A program made the translations under genes and the position numbers. From Octopus vulgaris (taxonomy: Eukaryota), in contig OX597816.1 in the NCBI GenBank assembly GCA_951406725.2, positions 157,294,001 through 157,358,000 on the forward strand: a stretch of 64,000 nt of DNA. The letters are read 5' to 3'. Below are positions 13,229 to 26,169 of this stretch, one piece after another; positions within the stretch are counted from its first letter, which is position 1; every line of letters starts with the position of its first letter. The notes beneath the pieces were generated by a model, which had not been told where the DNA came from, ran no database searches, and was given only the letters and a program-made list of their open reading frames with translations.

Positions 13229-15547
13229 ATATATATATATGCACGCATACACGCATATACACACATAGATTACACACACACACATATATATATATCATTG
13301 AAACTAAAAAGGTTTCTTAAAGTGTTATTCAGAATATTTTGAAAAATATTATGAGGTTTTCTAGATGTTTTTATATAAAACCCATGTTAGCTTTTATTGA
13401 ACAGATCTCTGAAGAAAGACATTCAAGCCATTTCTGTTCTGCTTAGTGCGTATTTGAAAATATTTTCTAAGACGACAGCGTATGATTTCTAAGAGTTAGC
13501 TGGTATTGCTAGACAGGCTGGTTGCGAAACCTGAAAGAGTTTCCTGCGTTTCTTTCTCTGTCCTGTGTTACTAACATTAAAATAGAAAAGCAATAGAGAT
13601 GAACAAGTTTTAAAATAAGAAATCATAGCACGCGTCGTATCAGAAGTATTATTATACGACAAAAGATGTGAAGGTGCGTAGCTTTATTAGATAGGAAAAC
13701 AAAATTGTTACAAATCTACTTGCCTTTTTAACAATTTAAGGTTATCCATGAAATCAATCACAACAAAACGAAAATGTAACAGAAATTGCTAAATACACGA
13801 AATTTATATCTTCATTATGCAATCTATTTCGTTCGTAACACAAATTGGTGCGAATAAATGAAGATAAATTACAATAAACGAATAGAGCAAGGTAATTATG
13901 GCATTCACTCTACTGATCTTGGGATTTTAGAGAATATCTAATTGCTAAATCATCGATCAATGACGTCTCGTTTGTCCACCTCACACAAATATTACTGTCA
14001 TTCTTCACTCCTTTGCGGCTTTAATTATAATTGATATTGAAGTCTCTATGTATAGGAATATAAACGGGAAGAAATGTAGTTTGTGCTGCATTAGTTTAGC
14101 TGGTTGTAAATGACGATTTTTGAACTTCAGACTTGAGAAACTAGTGTGACAGGTACAATTTGTTATTAAGCTAACAAGAAGATATACTCTTTCTTCCCTT
14201 ATACCCTGCAACGTTACCACCTATTGTATCCTACTGCAATTCATCGTTGTATAACTGAAGTTCTTAATCCATCATTACTGCATTACATCTGCAGAGCGCA
14301 AATAGCATGTGTATATATGTATGTATATCATAGAATAAGAAGGCTTGCTGGCAGAACAGTTAGCACGTCGGGCAAAATGTTTAACAGCATATCTTTCGGC
14401 TCTCTTAACGTTCGCGCCAAGGTCAACTTTGCCTTTCATCATTTCAGGTTTGGTAAAATAAAGTACCAGCCAAATACTTGGGTCGATGTAATGCTGATAT
14501 TTCGAATGGCTTTATAGGGTTGTGTTAATAAATTAATTTTCTGCTACACCATTTACACACTCTTCCTTACCTTGACTAAATTATCTAACTGGATATTTAA
14601 ATGCATACATTCCCTTTGCTTTATAATCTCCAGGTACAACCGATGCTTCCTAAAGAGATATTTGAGAGAGCTTTTTTTTGTCTTTCTTCTATTGTTCACT
14701 ATTATTCTTTCATCAAGTTATGCAACTTTTCTTTTGTTTTTCCAAGCATTCACCACTGAGTGGAAGCTAGTTTGTAAGTTGCTTGAACTTTGTATAAGGT
14801 TAGCATCAAGACCTACCGTCGAGTTGCGTATCTTGACTCCTATGATAGCCGTTCAATTGCGATTACATATACAAAATTATCTCCTCTATCTGCCCAAGTT
14901 GAAGATAATTACAGTATAGTATATAGGGATCACAATTATCTCAAAATCCTTCGAAATGATAATAGTAAAGTTCTCTTGAAATTCAGTTACCTTACGCAAT
15001 ATACAATTTAAGTGACGAACAAAAGTCGATGCTATGGAAGTGGATGAATCTAATTTTTTTTACCATTTTAAGCCCACAAGACACAGATGTTCATTTTCAC
15101 TGAGTATATATTAGACATTAACTTTAGTATTGATGATGCTCGTAATTTGATAACTTTACTGATGTTGGTTATCGCCGAGTTCAGAATTGCGTTTAGGGAT
15201 AAAAAAATAGTGCCATCAATAATCACGAGGATCTATTAGATCTCTTCGCGACTCAAACTACAGATAAGTGGAAAGAGTAAAATGTTATTTGAGTATCTTG
15301 ACTATAAGAGCCGATGATCAGAATTAAAATGCGGAGCACTCTGCTCTCGAACTAGCGCTAGATTATATACGGCCTCTAGTTGTAATTTTTTTTACTATTC
15401 ATTAATAAACAACAACAAAAAAAACTGTATTTTATATAGTTACCACACGTTTCTTCTCTTTATTCTGTGAGTTATGATCTCGATCATGTTTTATTTGGAA
15501 GTAGAATCGTGTGCTTTATATTTCTACATTTTTTATGAAACATTATA

Positions 15548-15912
15548 GGGCGGAGAGCTGGCAGAATCGTTAGCACGTCGGACAAAATGCTTAGCGGTAT
15601 TTCGTCCGCCGCTACGTTCTGAGTTCAAATTCTGCCGAGGTCGACTTTGCCTTTCATCCTTTCGATGTCGATAAATTAAGTACCAGTGATGCACTGGCGT
15701 CGATATAATAGATTTAATCCGTTTGTCTGTCCTTGTTTGTCCTCTCTGTGTTTAGCCCCTTGTGGGTAGTAAAGAAATAGTTATTTCGTCTACCGCTACG
15801 TAATGATTTCAAATTCCGCCGAGTTCGACTTTGCCTTTCATCCTTTCAGGGTCGAGGAAATAAGTACAAGTTACGTACTGTATCGATATAATCGACCGGC
15901 CTCCTTCCCCCA
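15548..15912 (+). mobile_element. Abundant tRNA-derived SINE (family A), dimeric copy
   Basis: gagctggcagaa.cgttagcacg head, B-box gagttcaaattc, core gtcgactttgcctttcatcctttcggggtcgataaattaagtaccag (resembles the Meta domain, from memory), internal tail tagccccttgtgggtagtaaagaaata. A degenerate copy lies at 14340-14490. Confidence 0.9.
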
Positions 15913-16258
15913 ATTTTAAGAAACGATTTTAGCAATTTCTGAAGTTTACTCGGAATATTTTATTTGCTGGCCATTTAATCTGCGCTTGCGCTGAGGATTT
16001 GAAAAATTATAATATATCAGGATGAGACACGTGTTATTTGGGCTCTAATTTATATGCTAATGTTTTGGCGTATCTGCTGATGAGATCTTCGCCTAGCAGA
16101 TTATTTAGTTTGCTAATTAAAGTTCGGAACCTGAGGTCCGGCTGCAAAACACGGTAAATGTTTTTATTCTTCATTCCCTTCGAAATTGCTCTTAGCTGTG
16201 GTTTGGACTTTGTGACTATTCTTTCTAGCATGGTAGGCAACCTGTTAAGGTTTCGTCT

Positions 16259-16304
<46 letters not shown>

Positions 16305-16346
16305 GTATACAAAAATACACATATACACATATTTCCACATACATAT

Positions 16347-16397
<51 letters not shown>

Positions 16398-16455
16398 GGT
16401 ATGCATGTATTTACATATGCATGTATATATATATGTGTGTGTGTGAGTATCTGTG

Positions 16456-16551
<96 letters not shown>

Positions 16552-17104
16552 TACTCACACACACACATACACAACGTATATAGATATAGATATTTTCTTC
16601 TATACATACGTTTCCCGCTTTGAGAACAGCTTCGCAAAGTTTAATGGGTCGACTGATAGCAACTAACTGAAGACGTTTATGGTGTGCATACATGTCATGT
16701 GTGCAGATAACTAACAAATTCTATTTGCTGTCCGAATCAACAGGTCGCCATTACAAGACGTCATTTTTCATTACATGCATCAAATGTACTACACAGCAAT
16801 TCGAAGTTCATTTGAAATAAACTTTGACCTGCTGTTGTTATAGAACTGTTGGATTTGTTGATCAGTTCCCAACACCATCATATCGGCAGTTACGATCATC
16901 ATCGTCATGATATTCATTATTGCTATTGCTGTTGTTCTATTTCTGTTTGCGGCAGCAAGAGTGGTGATACCGTCGTCGTTGTTGCTTCCATTAAGGTCGT
17001 CGTCGACGTCTTGGTGGTGGTGGTGGTGGTAGTAGTAGTAGTAGTAGTATTAGTAGTAGTAGTAGATGCACCCATGATGGTGAGAGTGGTGGTGGTGTTA
17101 ATGA

Positions 17105-17800
17105 AGGTCGCGGCAGCAGCAGCGGTGGCAGTGGAGGAAGTGGTAGCAGCGGCAGCAGCGGTGGCGGCAGCAGCGGCGGCGGTAGAAGCGGCGGCGGCGG
17201 CGGCGGTATCGACGGCGGCGGCGGCGGCGACGGCGGCGGAAGGGCGGCGGCGGAAGCGGCGGCGGCGGAAGCGGCGGCGGCGGAAGCAGCGGCGGCGGAA
17301 GCAGCGGCGGCGGAAGCAGCGGCGGCGGAAGCAGCGGCGGCGGAAGCAGCGGCGGCGGAAGCAGCGGCGGCGGAAGCAGCGGCGGCGGAAGCAGCGGCGG
17401 CGGAAGCAGCGGCGGCGGCGGCGGCGGAAAGCGGCGGCGGCGGAAGCGGCGGCGGCGGAAGCGGCGGCGGCGGAAGCGGCGGCGGCGGAAGCGGCGGCGG
17501 CGGAAGCGGCGGCGGCGGAAGCGGCGGCGGCGGAAGCGGCGGCGGCGGAAGCGGCGGCGGCGGAAGCGGCGGCGGCGGAAGCGGCGGCGGAAGCGGCGGC
17601 GAAGCGGCGGCGGAAGCGGCGGCGGAAGCGGCGGCGGAAGCGGCGGCGGAAGCGGCGGCGGCGGTAGCAGCAGCGGCTGAAGCGATGGCAGCGGCAGCCG
17701 TGACAACGATGCCGGCGACAGCAGCAGGGGAGCAGCAGCGACGGACGCGGTAGGGGATGGCGGTGGCAGCGGCGGACGCGGCACGACGGACGCGGCAGTG
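17105..17800. repeat. GC-rich (GCG)n / GCGGCGGCGGAAGCA minisatellite
   Basis: 15- and 12-nt units built on GCG; gives poly-Ala/Arg/Pro in different frames. Confidence 0.92.
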
Positions 17801-18047
17801 GGGGACGATTTGGTTATGGCGCTGATTGTAGCAAGAAAAAATGTTTCCTAATAACTGATGTTATTGATGTTCATTCTCAATAAACACTTCTCTGTTGATA
17901 GAGATGCTCAGTAAATATATTTTAAATATTTTTGTGTGTGTGTTTGCGTGGGTGTGCGTGTGTGTGTGTTACACTTTCTTCCACTCTTTCTTCCATACCT
18001 TTGCCTTTCCCTTGGATAACACTGGTGGCGTGGAGAGGATAGGCCGG

Positions 18048-18255
18048 TATGCCGGGCGAAATGCTTAGCGGTATTTCGTCTGCGTTACGTTGTGTGTTCA
18101 AATTCCGCCGAGGTCGACTTTGCCTTTCATCCTTTCGGGGTCGATAAATTAAGTACCAGTTACACACTGGGGTCGATGTAATCGACTTAATACCTATGTC
18201 TGTCCTTGTTTGTCCCCTCTGTGTTTAGCCCCTTGTGGGTAATAAAGAAATAGGT
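18048..18255 (+). mobile_element. SINE family A copy ending in the Tx1-like tail
   Basis: Same core as 15548; ends tagccccttgtgggtaataaagaaata (18226-18252). Confidence 0.9.
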
Positions 18256-18367
18256 ATGCATGGGCGACTGCTGGTCTTCCATAAACCACCTTGCCCAGAC
18301 TTGTGACTAGGAGGGTAACTTTCTAGGTGCAATCACATGGACAGTGTCGTGACCGAAGGGGATCCCA

Positions 18368-18438
<71 letters not shown>

Positions 18439-19526
18439 TTGGTCCGTCACCAGAGTAATATTTTTAGGACCTTAAATCAAGAATCAATTTTAGAAAATCA
18501 TTTTCCGTATTTAGGTAAATACTGTGTATGTACGTGCATGTGCGTGTGCATGTGCGTAAATGTATTTTTATAAGTAGATGTTTGCAAGCCCATACGTGTA
18601 TGCAAGAGACGATGAACACTTTTGTGGAATTTGATGATGTTGTTACAAATGGACGAACCAGTCATTAAGTATAATTACCGAAATATGTTCTGCTCCTCAA
18701 ATGCTCTGCTTCCTGGGGGAAGAAGCCCAGAAAACACTTGACCTATTTCTTTTTATATATGTTAGGCAGCATTGCTCTAAATTACTAAAGAAATTTATGT
18801 ACACTCCTTCATCTTACGCCGATTTGTCTGCGCAAAATAATTAAAATAGAATACAAAGCAAGAAACAGTCACCAGCAATAATGGCATTATCCGTTCAAGC
18901 TCTCATCCTGTCTCCTATGTGTCCAGCTTCCATAGTAACGTATTGAAGTCAACATACAGAAGTGTCATTTGAATGAAGTTGCAGAGAATTTGTTGCTATA
19001 ATTATAAATCAAATTACAGGTGGTTGCCGACAGAAATCAGTAAAAAGAATAACGAATCATATCTCGTGGAATTTAAAGACATCCCTTATAGTTCTGAAAC
19101 CGAAATCATATCGCGATCAATTCTGCTTCGTATTTTTTTATGACACACTAAGTCAGAGTCAAATATCTATGTTTATATAATTGTCTGTTCTCTGTATCCA
19201 CGTTTATGACCGTATCACGGTGTTTACATTTATGATTTGCTGTGAAAATTTAGATAATGAATTCATACTCATGCTCAACGTAAACGCTTTTCAGATGTAA
19301 TTAAGTTCGATACATAGGTGTTACAAAACTTTCTGTGAGTCTCAAATATTTATGGTGTTGGGTGATAGACGAGTTCTCTTCTCTGTGTGCAACAAAATAA
19401 ATGGTAGGTAAATATTCTAATCTCACAAATAGAATACAAGTCACTCGACAGTATGGTTCACCAGAAAATCTAGTTTCTATTTTGCAGTGTCTATTTTAGA
19501 GACGAAAAATAAGATATATATATATA

Positions 19527-19818
19527 AATAACTTAGAATAACTTAGAAAGGTTTTGGCCAGTATTAGCCCAGGCCATGTCTAACTTAATAGCACCACCTG
19601 GCGAAGTCTTTCAATTCAGGATTTGGGCACCAAGGCCCATTCGAGCAGAGAGTTATTGTTTGCGGAGACATATCCGGGTGTGGGTGGTTTGTCCGGGACT
19701 GTTTGAAGGAATTTGTCCAAAGACTTCTTGAATTTTGTGTGGTCAGTTTCTTTTTTGATGTGTCCTGGTTGAAGAGAGCGGGTCCAATTGAGGTGAAATA
19801 GTTGTGCCGTATTGTCGT
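19527..19818 (-). mobile_element. CR1/L2-group LINE 3' end with (TTCTAAGTTA)2 tail abutting (TA)n
   Basis: Minus strand YFTSIGPALFN...KKSLDKFLQTVPDKPPTPGY resembles the C-termini of the LINEs at 41.4-46 kb; the ggtggtgc...catggcc 3' UTR motif is shared. Confidence 0.8.
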
Positions 19819-19908
19819 TATGTGATATAACGTGATATAACGTGATATAACGTGATATAATGTGATATAACGTGATATAACGTGATATAATGTGATATAT
19901 ATATATAA

Positions 19909-19944
<36 letters not shown>

Positions 19945-19948
<4 letters not shown>

Positions 19949-20213
19949 AAGCGCAACAACTCGCTGTTGTAGGATCGCGGTTTCGATTCCCAGACCGGGC
20001 GTTGTGAGTGTTTATTGAGCGAAAACACCTAAAGCTCCACGATGCTCCGCCAGGGGGTGGTGGTGATCTCTGCTGTACTCTTTCGCCACAACTTTCTCTC
20101 ACCCTTTCTTCTGTTGGCCTGCTCACTTAGCCAGCGGGGTGGCGTCATTTGAATGCGAACGCATTGTGACCAGCGATGTGTTGCAACATCTGAGAGCCTG
20201 GTCGATCACGGTG
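19945..20213 (+). mobile_element. tRNA-derived SINE family B variant
   Basis: Shares gagcgaaa(a)cacctaa(a)gctcc and tctttcgccacaactttctctcac with 49746-50052; B-box-like gtttcgattccc; different 3' end. Confidence 0.75.
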
Positions 20214-20232
20214 ATATATATATATATATATA

Positions 20233-20723
20233 AATGAAATTGTTGTATACAGTGCTTAGGTGCACTACAGTTGAGAAAAAAGTCATCAGATGTACTTTTG
20301 GCGGAACCATAGAAGTTTTAAAGGATATAGCGTCTCAACAGCTAACGACTGATGCGGATGGTTTATTCCATGTTTCAACAATTCTGAGCGTGAAAAAATG
20401 TTTCCGTAAGTCATGGGTATTGTGGTGAATTTTGATTTTGTGATCAAGTCCACGTGTGTTTGACATATGGAATTCAAAAAGGTGCCCAAGATTGTTGTTG
20501 GAAAGATGGTGGATAATCTTGTGAGTGTCTACCAAATCCGTTGCCAGATCTTCAATGTGTTCATTCCCAGAGAAGCAAGACGTTCAGAGTATGGTATTTG
20601 CCTGACGACGAGTATTTGTTTTGTTGTACGTTTCTGAACAGTTTCCAGGGTTTTTATATGCTGATCAAGATAGAGGTTCCAGACTGGTGATGCAAATTCG
20701 AAGTGTAGACGTAACATTGTCAT
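20233..20723 (-). mobile_element. Degenerate CR1-type LINE 3' end abutting (TA)n
   Basis: HFEFASPVWNLYLDQHIKTLETVQKRTTK...YSERLASL and RKHFFTLRIVETWN, typical CR1-group C-terminal motifs. Confidence 0.85.
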
Positions 20724-21618
20724 ATAATACTTTTGTTATCATTGTTTTACTTTTTTAGATCTAGGTCAATCTTGATCAAAGAAAAATTTAATCAAGTCGT
20801 GCAAGCCATGATTGTTTTTTTTATTTTTATGCCTGTTGCATTATTCAAAGTTTTCTTTATTTATTTTTAAAAAAGTAGGTTGTGATTTAAGAGAGATTTG
20901 GCGGTTATTTCTAACAGCTCCTGTGACTACATAGGGTCTTTTCCAAGGTTTGTGTATGAAACATGTAGCAAAAATGGTTCAGCTAAAGAAATAATATCGT
21001 GTATGTCCATGTAAATTATTTCATTTTGTGCCTTAAAGGTTAATTCCCACTTACTTTCATTTTATTGAAGTATAGGGTATGTTTTGGTGAATTCAGTATA
21101 TCCTTACGCAATAAATACATAACTTGTCTTAACAATACTTCAACCGTCACATATCATTCATTGGATATCTCTCGTACGTTGAAAGACGCCTTTCGGCGCA
21201 CGACCTTCAAAATTTCATGTAAATTTCAGGTTATTGATATCAGTGATGAGTGATTATTATCTGTGTAGACAGTTTCAACATAGTATTTTAGCGGCAATTA
21301 GCGGTAATTTGTGGTGACATCTCATTACATTCCATATCGTTTGACATTATTGAGCTGAAATGGAATGATCACTGCACGTGTGGATTTTCATATTCTAAGG
21401 CAGAATCTGGGTATTTGAAAAAACAGAGAATTTTGCTTCGATTCTGTTCAAACAGATAGCATTGTTATGGTAGCTTTCACGATGGTAGGTTATGAATCGG
21501 TTCCACGAATAAAACTAAACAATAATAAAGAATTTGTTAGAGTGTGTTTGCAACTCTGAATACAACTAACACATCCTACTTCATAATTTCACCTTACACA
21601 TACAGCTGTACTCCTATA

Positions 21619-21807
21619 GTTCTATACTTGAGAGATGAGGAATTATGTACATTATTTACATTTGACAGATATTTGTCCTCATCTTGTTTGTTGTTAACAT
21701 AACGTTTCGGTTGATATATACTCTAGCCTTCATCAGGTGTCTTAGGGAAATTTCGAATCTGGGTTTTCATTCCTACGGTATTTTTCGATGTTATTATTAT
21801 TATTATT
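21619..21807 (-). mobile_element. 3' part of hammerhead-containing SINE (family C); continues at 22798-22858 beyond the Dong-like insert
   Basis: Reverse complement of the copy at 22925-23101; split inside its (TTA)n tract. Confidence 0.8.
21696..21741 (-). ncRNA. Minimal (Penelope-type) hammerhead ribozyme motif, partly decayed
   Basis: GACAC-CUGAUGA-AGGCUAGAGUAUAUAUCAACC-GAA-ACGU-U-AUGUU; palindromic ACGU in place of stem III; mismatches in stems I and II. Confidence 0.65.
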
Positions 21808-22793
21808 TTTTTTTTTTTTTCTTCTTTCAAATTTTCTTCCATTTCTTGCCGAGTGTCTTCCCAACTCCTAGGGCAAAGAAACTCAGTGTATATTGGTAGG
21901 CCATTAAACCAAACTCAGTAGTTCGTTCTTTTTTTTTTTTTTTTTTAAGTTAAATTAAAATGCATGAGCAGCAACAGTTCTCACATCGACAATGCTCTTC
22001 TCAATACGTGTGATGTACCAGTTAAGACAATCTTTTGCACTTCTTGCAGGGATGGTAAGCCAGGATCATTCTCATATAATTTTCGGTTCCCTTCTTGATC
22101 ATTCCTAGTGCTCCTACGATCACTGGTATTGTAACCGCCTTGAGATGCCACATTTTCTCAATTTCAATGAGTAGGTCTTTATATTTTCTGAGCTTGTCAA
22201 ACTCTTTCGCTGAGATATTATGATCACAGGGGATGCTCATGTCGATCAATAAGCAAACTTTATTGTTTTGGTCTTTCACAACAATATCTGGTTTATTGGC
22301 CTTGATGGTTCGGTCTGTATGTACTGGAAAGTCCCACAGAATGGTTACATTTTCTCCTTCAGTTACAGCCTCAGGGTGGTGATTATACCACTTGTCGGCA
22401 GTTTTGATATTGTAATGCCGACTTATTAGCTAGTGGAGATATTGGCCAACTCTGTCATGTCTTAATTTATACTCCACTGGTGCTAAGACTTTACATCCAG
22501 AGATTAGGTGGTCCACTGTTTCAATCATATCGTTGCAGAATCGGCATTTTGGGTCTGCTCCATTTTTCATCACATTGGCCTGGTAGTTCCGGGTTGATAG
22601 GCTTTGGTCTTGAGCAGCCAGGATGAAACCTTCGCTCTCTGCTTTTAGCCCTGAGCTCCGCAGCCACTGATGGGTTTGCTTCTGGTCAACATCAGCTTGT
22701 TTGCTGCGGGTCACATATTTGCCGTGCAGAGGTTTCTCCTCCCACCTATCAGCCAATTGCTCGTGCGCATTTTTCATTGCCATCATTTTCACC

Positions 22794-22797
<4 letters not shown>
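21808..22797 (-). mobile_element. 5'-truncated R4/Dong-type non-LTR retrotransposon (restriction-like endonuclease end) in (TAA)n
   Basis: CRFC...ETVDHLISGC...RHD zinc knuckle, then WDFPVHTDRTIKANKPDIVV...LID endonuclease motif; one premature stop; A-rich tail; (TTA)n on both sides. Confidence 0.9.
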
Positions 22798-22854
<57 letters not shown>

Positions 22855-22924
22855 TCACCGAATTAAGGAAGGATAGGAAAATATTAGATTTATAAGCTCT
22901 AAAATTCACTCCATAATTCCACTC

Positions 22925-23101
22925 GGGCATATGGCATAGTGGTTAAGAGCGCGGGTTACTAACCCCAAGATTCCGAGTTCGATTCCAGGTAGTGACCTGA
23001 ATAATAATAACATCGAAAAATACCATAGAAATGAAAACCCAGGTTCGAAATTTCCCCAACAACAAACAAGATGAAGACAAATATCCGTCAAATGTAAATA
23101 A
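22925..23101 (+). mobile_element. tRNA-derived SINE family C copy lacking the hammerhead segment
   Basis: A-box tggcatagtgg, B-box gagttcgattcc; body complementary to 21637-21807. Confidence 0.85.
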
Positions 23102-24284
23102 TGTACTCCTATAACCTACCCGTGTACTTCAGTGTGTACAATCAGCGTCTGACTACACCACCTAAACAAGGATATGCTGACATTGGCAAACTTAAAATTA
23201 TCTTCGTACCGTTTTCATAAACTACTGGTGCCACAAGACGATTTGAAGAACTGGAAGGAAGTGTTAGCGTCACTGATTCCGCTTTGGCTGTAGCTGATGA
23301 GAGAAAGAAGACGACCACGAGGATAATGATGACGACGTCGAAGAAGTTGATGATGATGATGATGATAACAACACTGATTAGTTTACTGTCGCCAATTGAG
23401 AGACTAAAAATATTAATATTCTTGATATCTTTCTAATCAATACATAAAGGCGAGTTTAATAACCGTGAATTATTCCAGCAGCGTTACAATATCGACTCTG
23501 TCTCTTTCACTTTCTCTCTTTGTCTCTCTCCCCCCTCTTTTACTCTCACTCTCTAAATAAATATATATATGTATATATATATTTCTCACTTGTTCTTTCT
23601 TCAGAAAAAAAAATCTGGTTTTGTGAGACTATTGATCTCATAAAGAATCATTAGTGTGTTGAGTTTGTTATTGTTCTCTTTTGTCATTTGCAGTTCTTGT
23701 TTTTCCATTTAACTTTTTATTCTGTTTTTCATAGCAATTGCTTCTTCTTGGTTTTTTTTCTTTGTTGTTGTTTTTCTTCCTTTTTGTATTAAGTGATTTT
23801 TTCTTCCTTAGAATATTGGAAACGTTCGTCTATGGAAATGACAAAAACAAAATTTCTGGAGGAAAGACTTCTAAGATAGTTTTAACATTAAAAAAAGTAA
23901 TAAAAGTTGGTTTTAATTTGTTTACAAATTAGAATAACGACCAGCACGACAAAGAACGTTGAGTGAATCTTATAAACAACAGCTTGTTAGATTTTCCTGA
24001 AAAATTTTTTCTTGTTTTTATTTTATCATTTTTTTATTGACTTTAACAAAATAACGCAGGTCTAACGTAAGTGGAACGTAATAGCAACTTATAAGTGAAA
24101 CCAAAAGGTCCTAACACCAATAATGTCTCTCACGTTACGTTCCTGTGACAGGCATGTCAAACTGAATGGCGTTAGTTTACATTGCTAAAAATCAAACATT
24201 GTCGTAGTTCAAAAAAAATAGACGGATTACTTTACCTAGCAATAAATTATTGCTTATTAATTTGATACCATATTAATTATTGGT

Positions 24285-24995
24285 TTCAAATTCTACCATA
24301 AGGCCATCAGTTTCGAAGGTGCGGGTAAGTTGATTACCTTGACCCCAGTGTTCAACAGGTACTTATTTTATCGAACCGGAAGGATGAAATGCAAAATCAA
24401 TCCCTGCTGGCATTCAAACTTAGAACGTAAAGAAGGAAAAACATCGCTAAGCATTTTGCCTGACGTTTCTGCCAGCCCGCCGCCTTAGTCACCGTATTCT
24501 TTTCTATTCTGGGCACAAGGCCCCAAATTTTGGGGGAAGGGATCAGTCGATTAGATCGACCCCAACACACAACTGGTACTTAATTTATCGACCCCGAAAG
24601 GATGAAAAGCAAAGTCGAGCTCGGCGGAATTTGAACTCAGAACGTAAAGGCAGACCAAATACGGTTAAACATTTTGCCCGGCGTGCTAACGTTTCTGACA
24701 GCTCGCCGCCTTAGTCACAATATTAATTATTACTTAGATATGTAGCGGCCTAGCTTACTTACCTATTTCTTTATTACCCACAAGGGGCTAAACATAGAGG
24801 GGACAAACATGGACAGACATAGGTATTAAGTCGATTATATCGACCCCAATGCGTAACTGGTACTTAATTTATCGACCCCGAAAGGATGAAAGGCAAAGTC
24901 GACCTCGGCGGAATTTGAACTCACAACGTAACGCAGACGAAATACCGCTAAGCATTTCGCCCGGCGTACTAACGTTTCTGCCAGCTCGCAGCCTT
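24285..24995 (-). mobile_element. Cluster of three SINE family A units
   Basis: Repeated ctggtacttaatttatcgaccccgaaaggatgaaa; tail complement tatttctttattacccacaaggggcta at about 24764-24790. Confidence 0.9.
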
Positions 24996-25571
24996 ACTTA
25001 CCGACATACCAATGGACTTAAGGTGGTAATTTGTTGTTAAAGCATTGGATAGAGTACCTTACAGTACATGCTTCTGTTGTTTGCTCTCCAATTCAAATTC
25101 AACGGAAGCCAACCTTGTCCTTAACCTATCCTTTCGGTGCCAATAATATAAATGTACTTTTGCAGGGCATCGAATTTGCGAAATTTTTAGGGTATCTGAA
25201 TTTGCGAAACTGTCACGGTTATGTTTTGCAGTATCTGTTTCCGGGCCTTTGTGTTCTAACAGCAACGCCTACGACGATTTTGGTGCCGGCTCTAAAACTA
25301 TGATGTTTTAAAATTTTTCTTTGGACAAGAACAGTAGTGTAGAGATGCAGGGGGAAGTGTTTCATGTAACGATTCTCCAAGTAATCTTATCCAGAGCAAC
25401 ACGTACAGGGGAAGAAGCAGGGGCAGAAAGTGAGGAACGCATGTGCTAGGTTTCATTTATACGCCGTGATGAAAGCTAAGGACAGATACTTCTGGTAAAC
25501 TGTTTTCTCCATGCCATAATTTCGTTAATATTGTATACTCTCACACACACACACACATACACATATATTGT

Positions 25572-25848
25572 TATCGTTTGTTCTTTCTCGAGCCATGCCT
25601 GGCTCATAAGGGCCAGTTTCTCGGTTTCATTGGCTTATAGGCTCCACACTTGGACGGTCCGCCGGTCCGTCGCAGGTGAGCTGCTATATGCAGAAGGAAA
25701 GAGCGAGAGAAGGTTGTGGCGAAAGAGTCAGCAGAAGTTCGCCAGTACGGAGCCGCGTCGAGCTTAGGTGTTTCGCTCATCAACACACGCATTGCCCGGT
25801 TTGAGATTCGAACCGACTGCTCTGACCACTTTGTCATGTGCCTCCACT
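25572..25848 (-). mobile_element. SINE family B copy
   Basis: Reverse complement of 49746-50052. Confidence 0.85.
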
Positions 25849-26043
25849 ATATATATACATATGTGTGTGTGTGTGTGTGTGTGTGTGTATACATATATAT
25901 TATCTAGAATAACTATTGGTAAACCATTTTCTCACGCCGTCTCCGAGGAAGGGATATATAAATTATCCCGGAAACAACAGATATAAGACATATTTATAAA
26001 TGTTCTGAAAACTTTCACAGCCTTGAATTTTTATCTCATTCTG

Positions 26044-26083
<40 letters not shown>

Positions 26084-26169
26084 TATAAGATAAACTTATA
26101 TGGAAATGGATGCGTGGCGTTCAATCATATAATAATATAAATAATATATATATATATATATATATAAAT

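Noticed and set aside
16849-17784. Poly-Val/Ala/Arg and poly-Pro ORFs
   Set aside because: Trinucleotide-repeat artefacts with no unique domain or splice context.
19819-19896. CRISPR-like or other spaced array (also 56200-56580)
   Set aside because: Simple tandem units without unique spacers; eukaryotic context, no cas genes.
22925-22997. tRNA gene (also 49746-49820 and about 7565-7595)
   Set aside because: A/B boxes present but no good acceptor stem, and sequence continues into SINE bodies.
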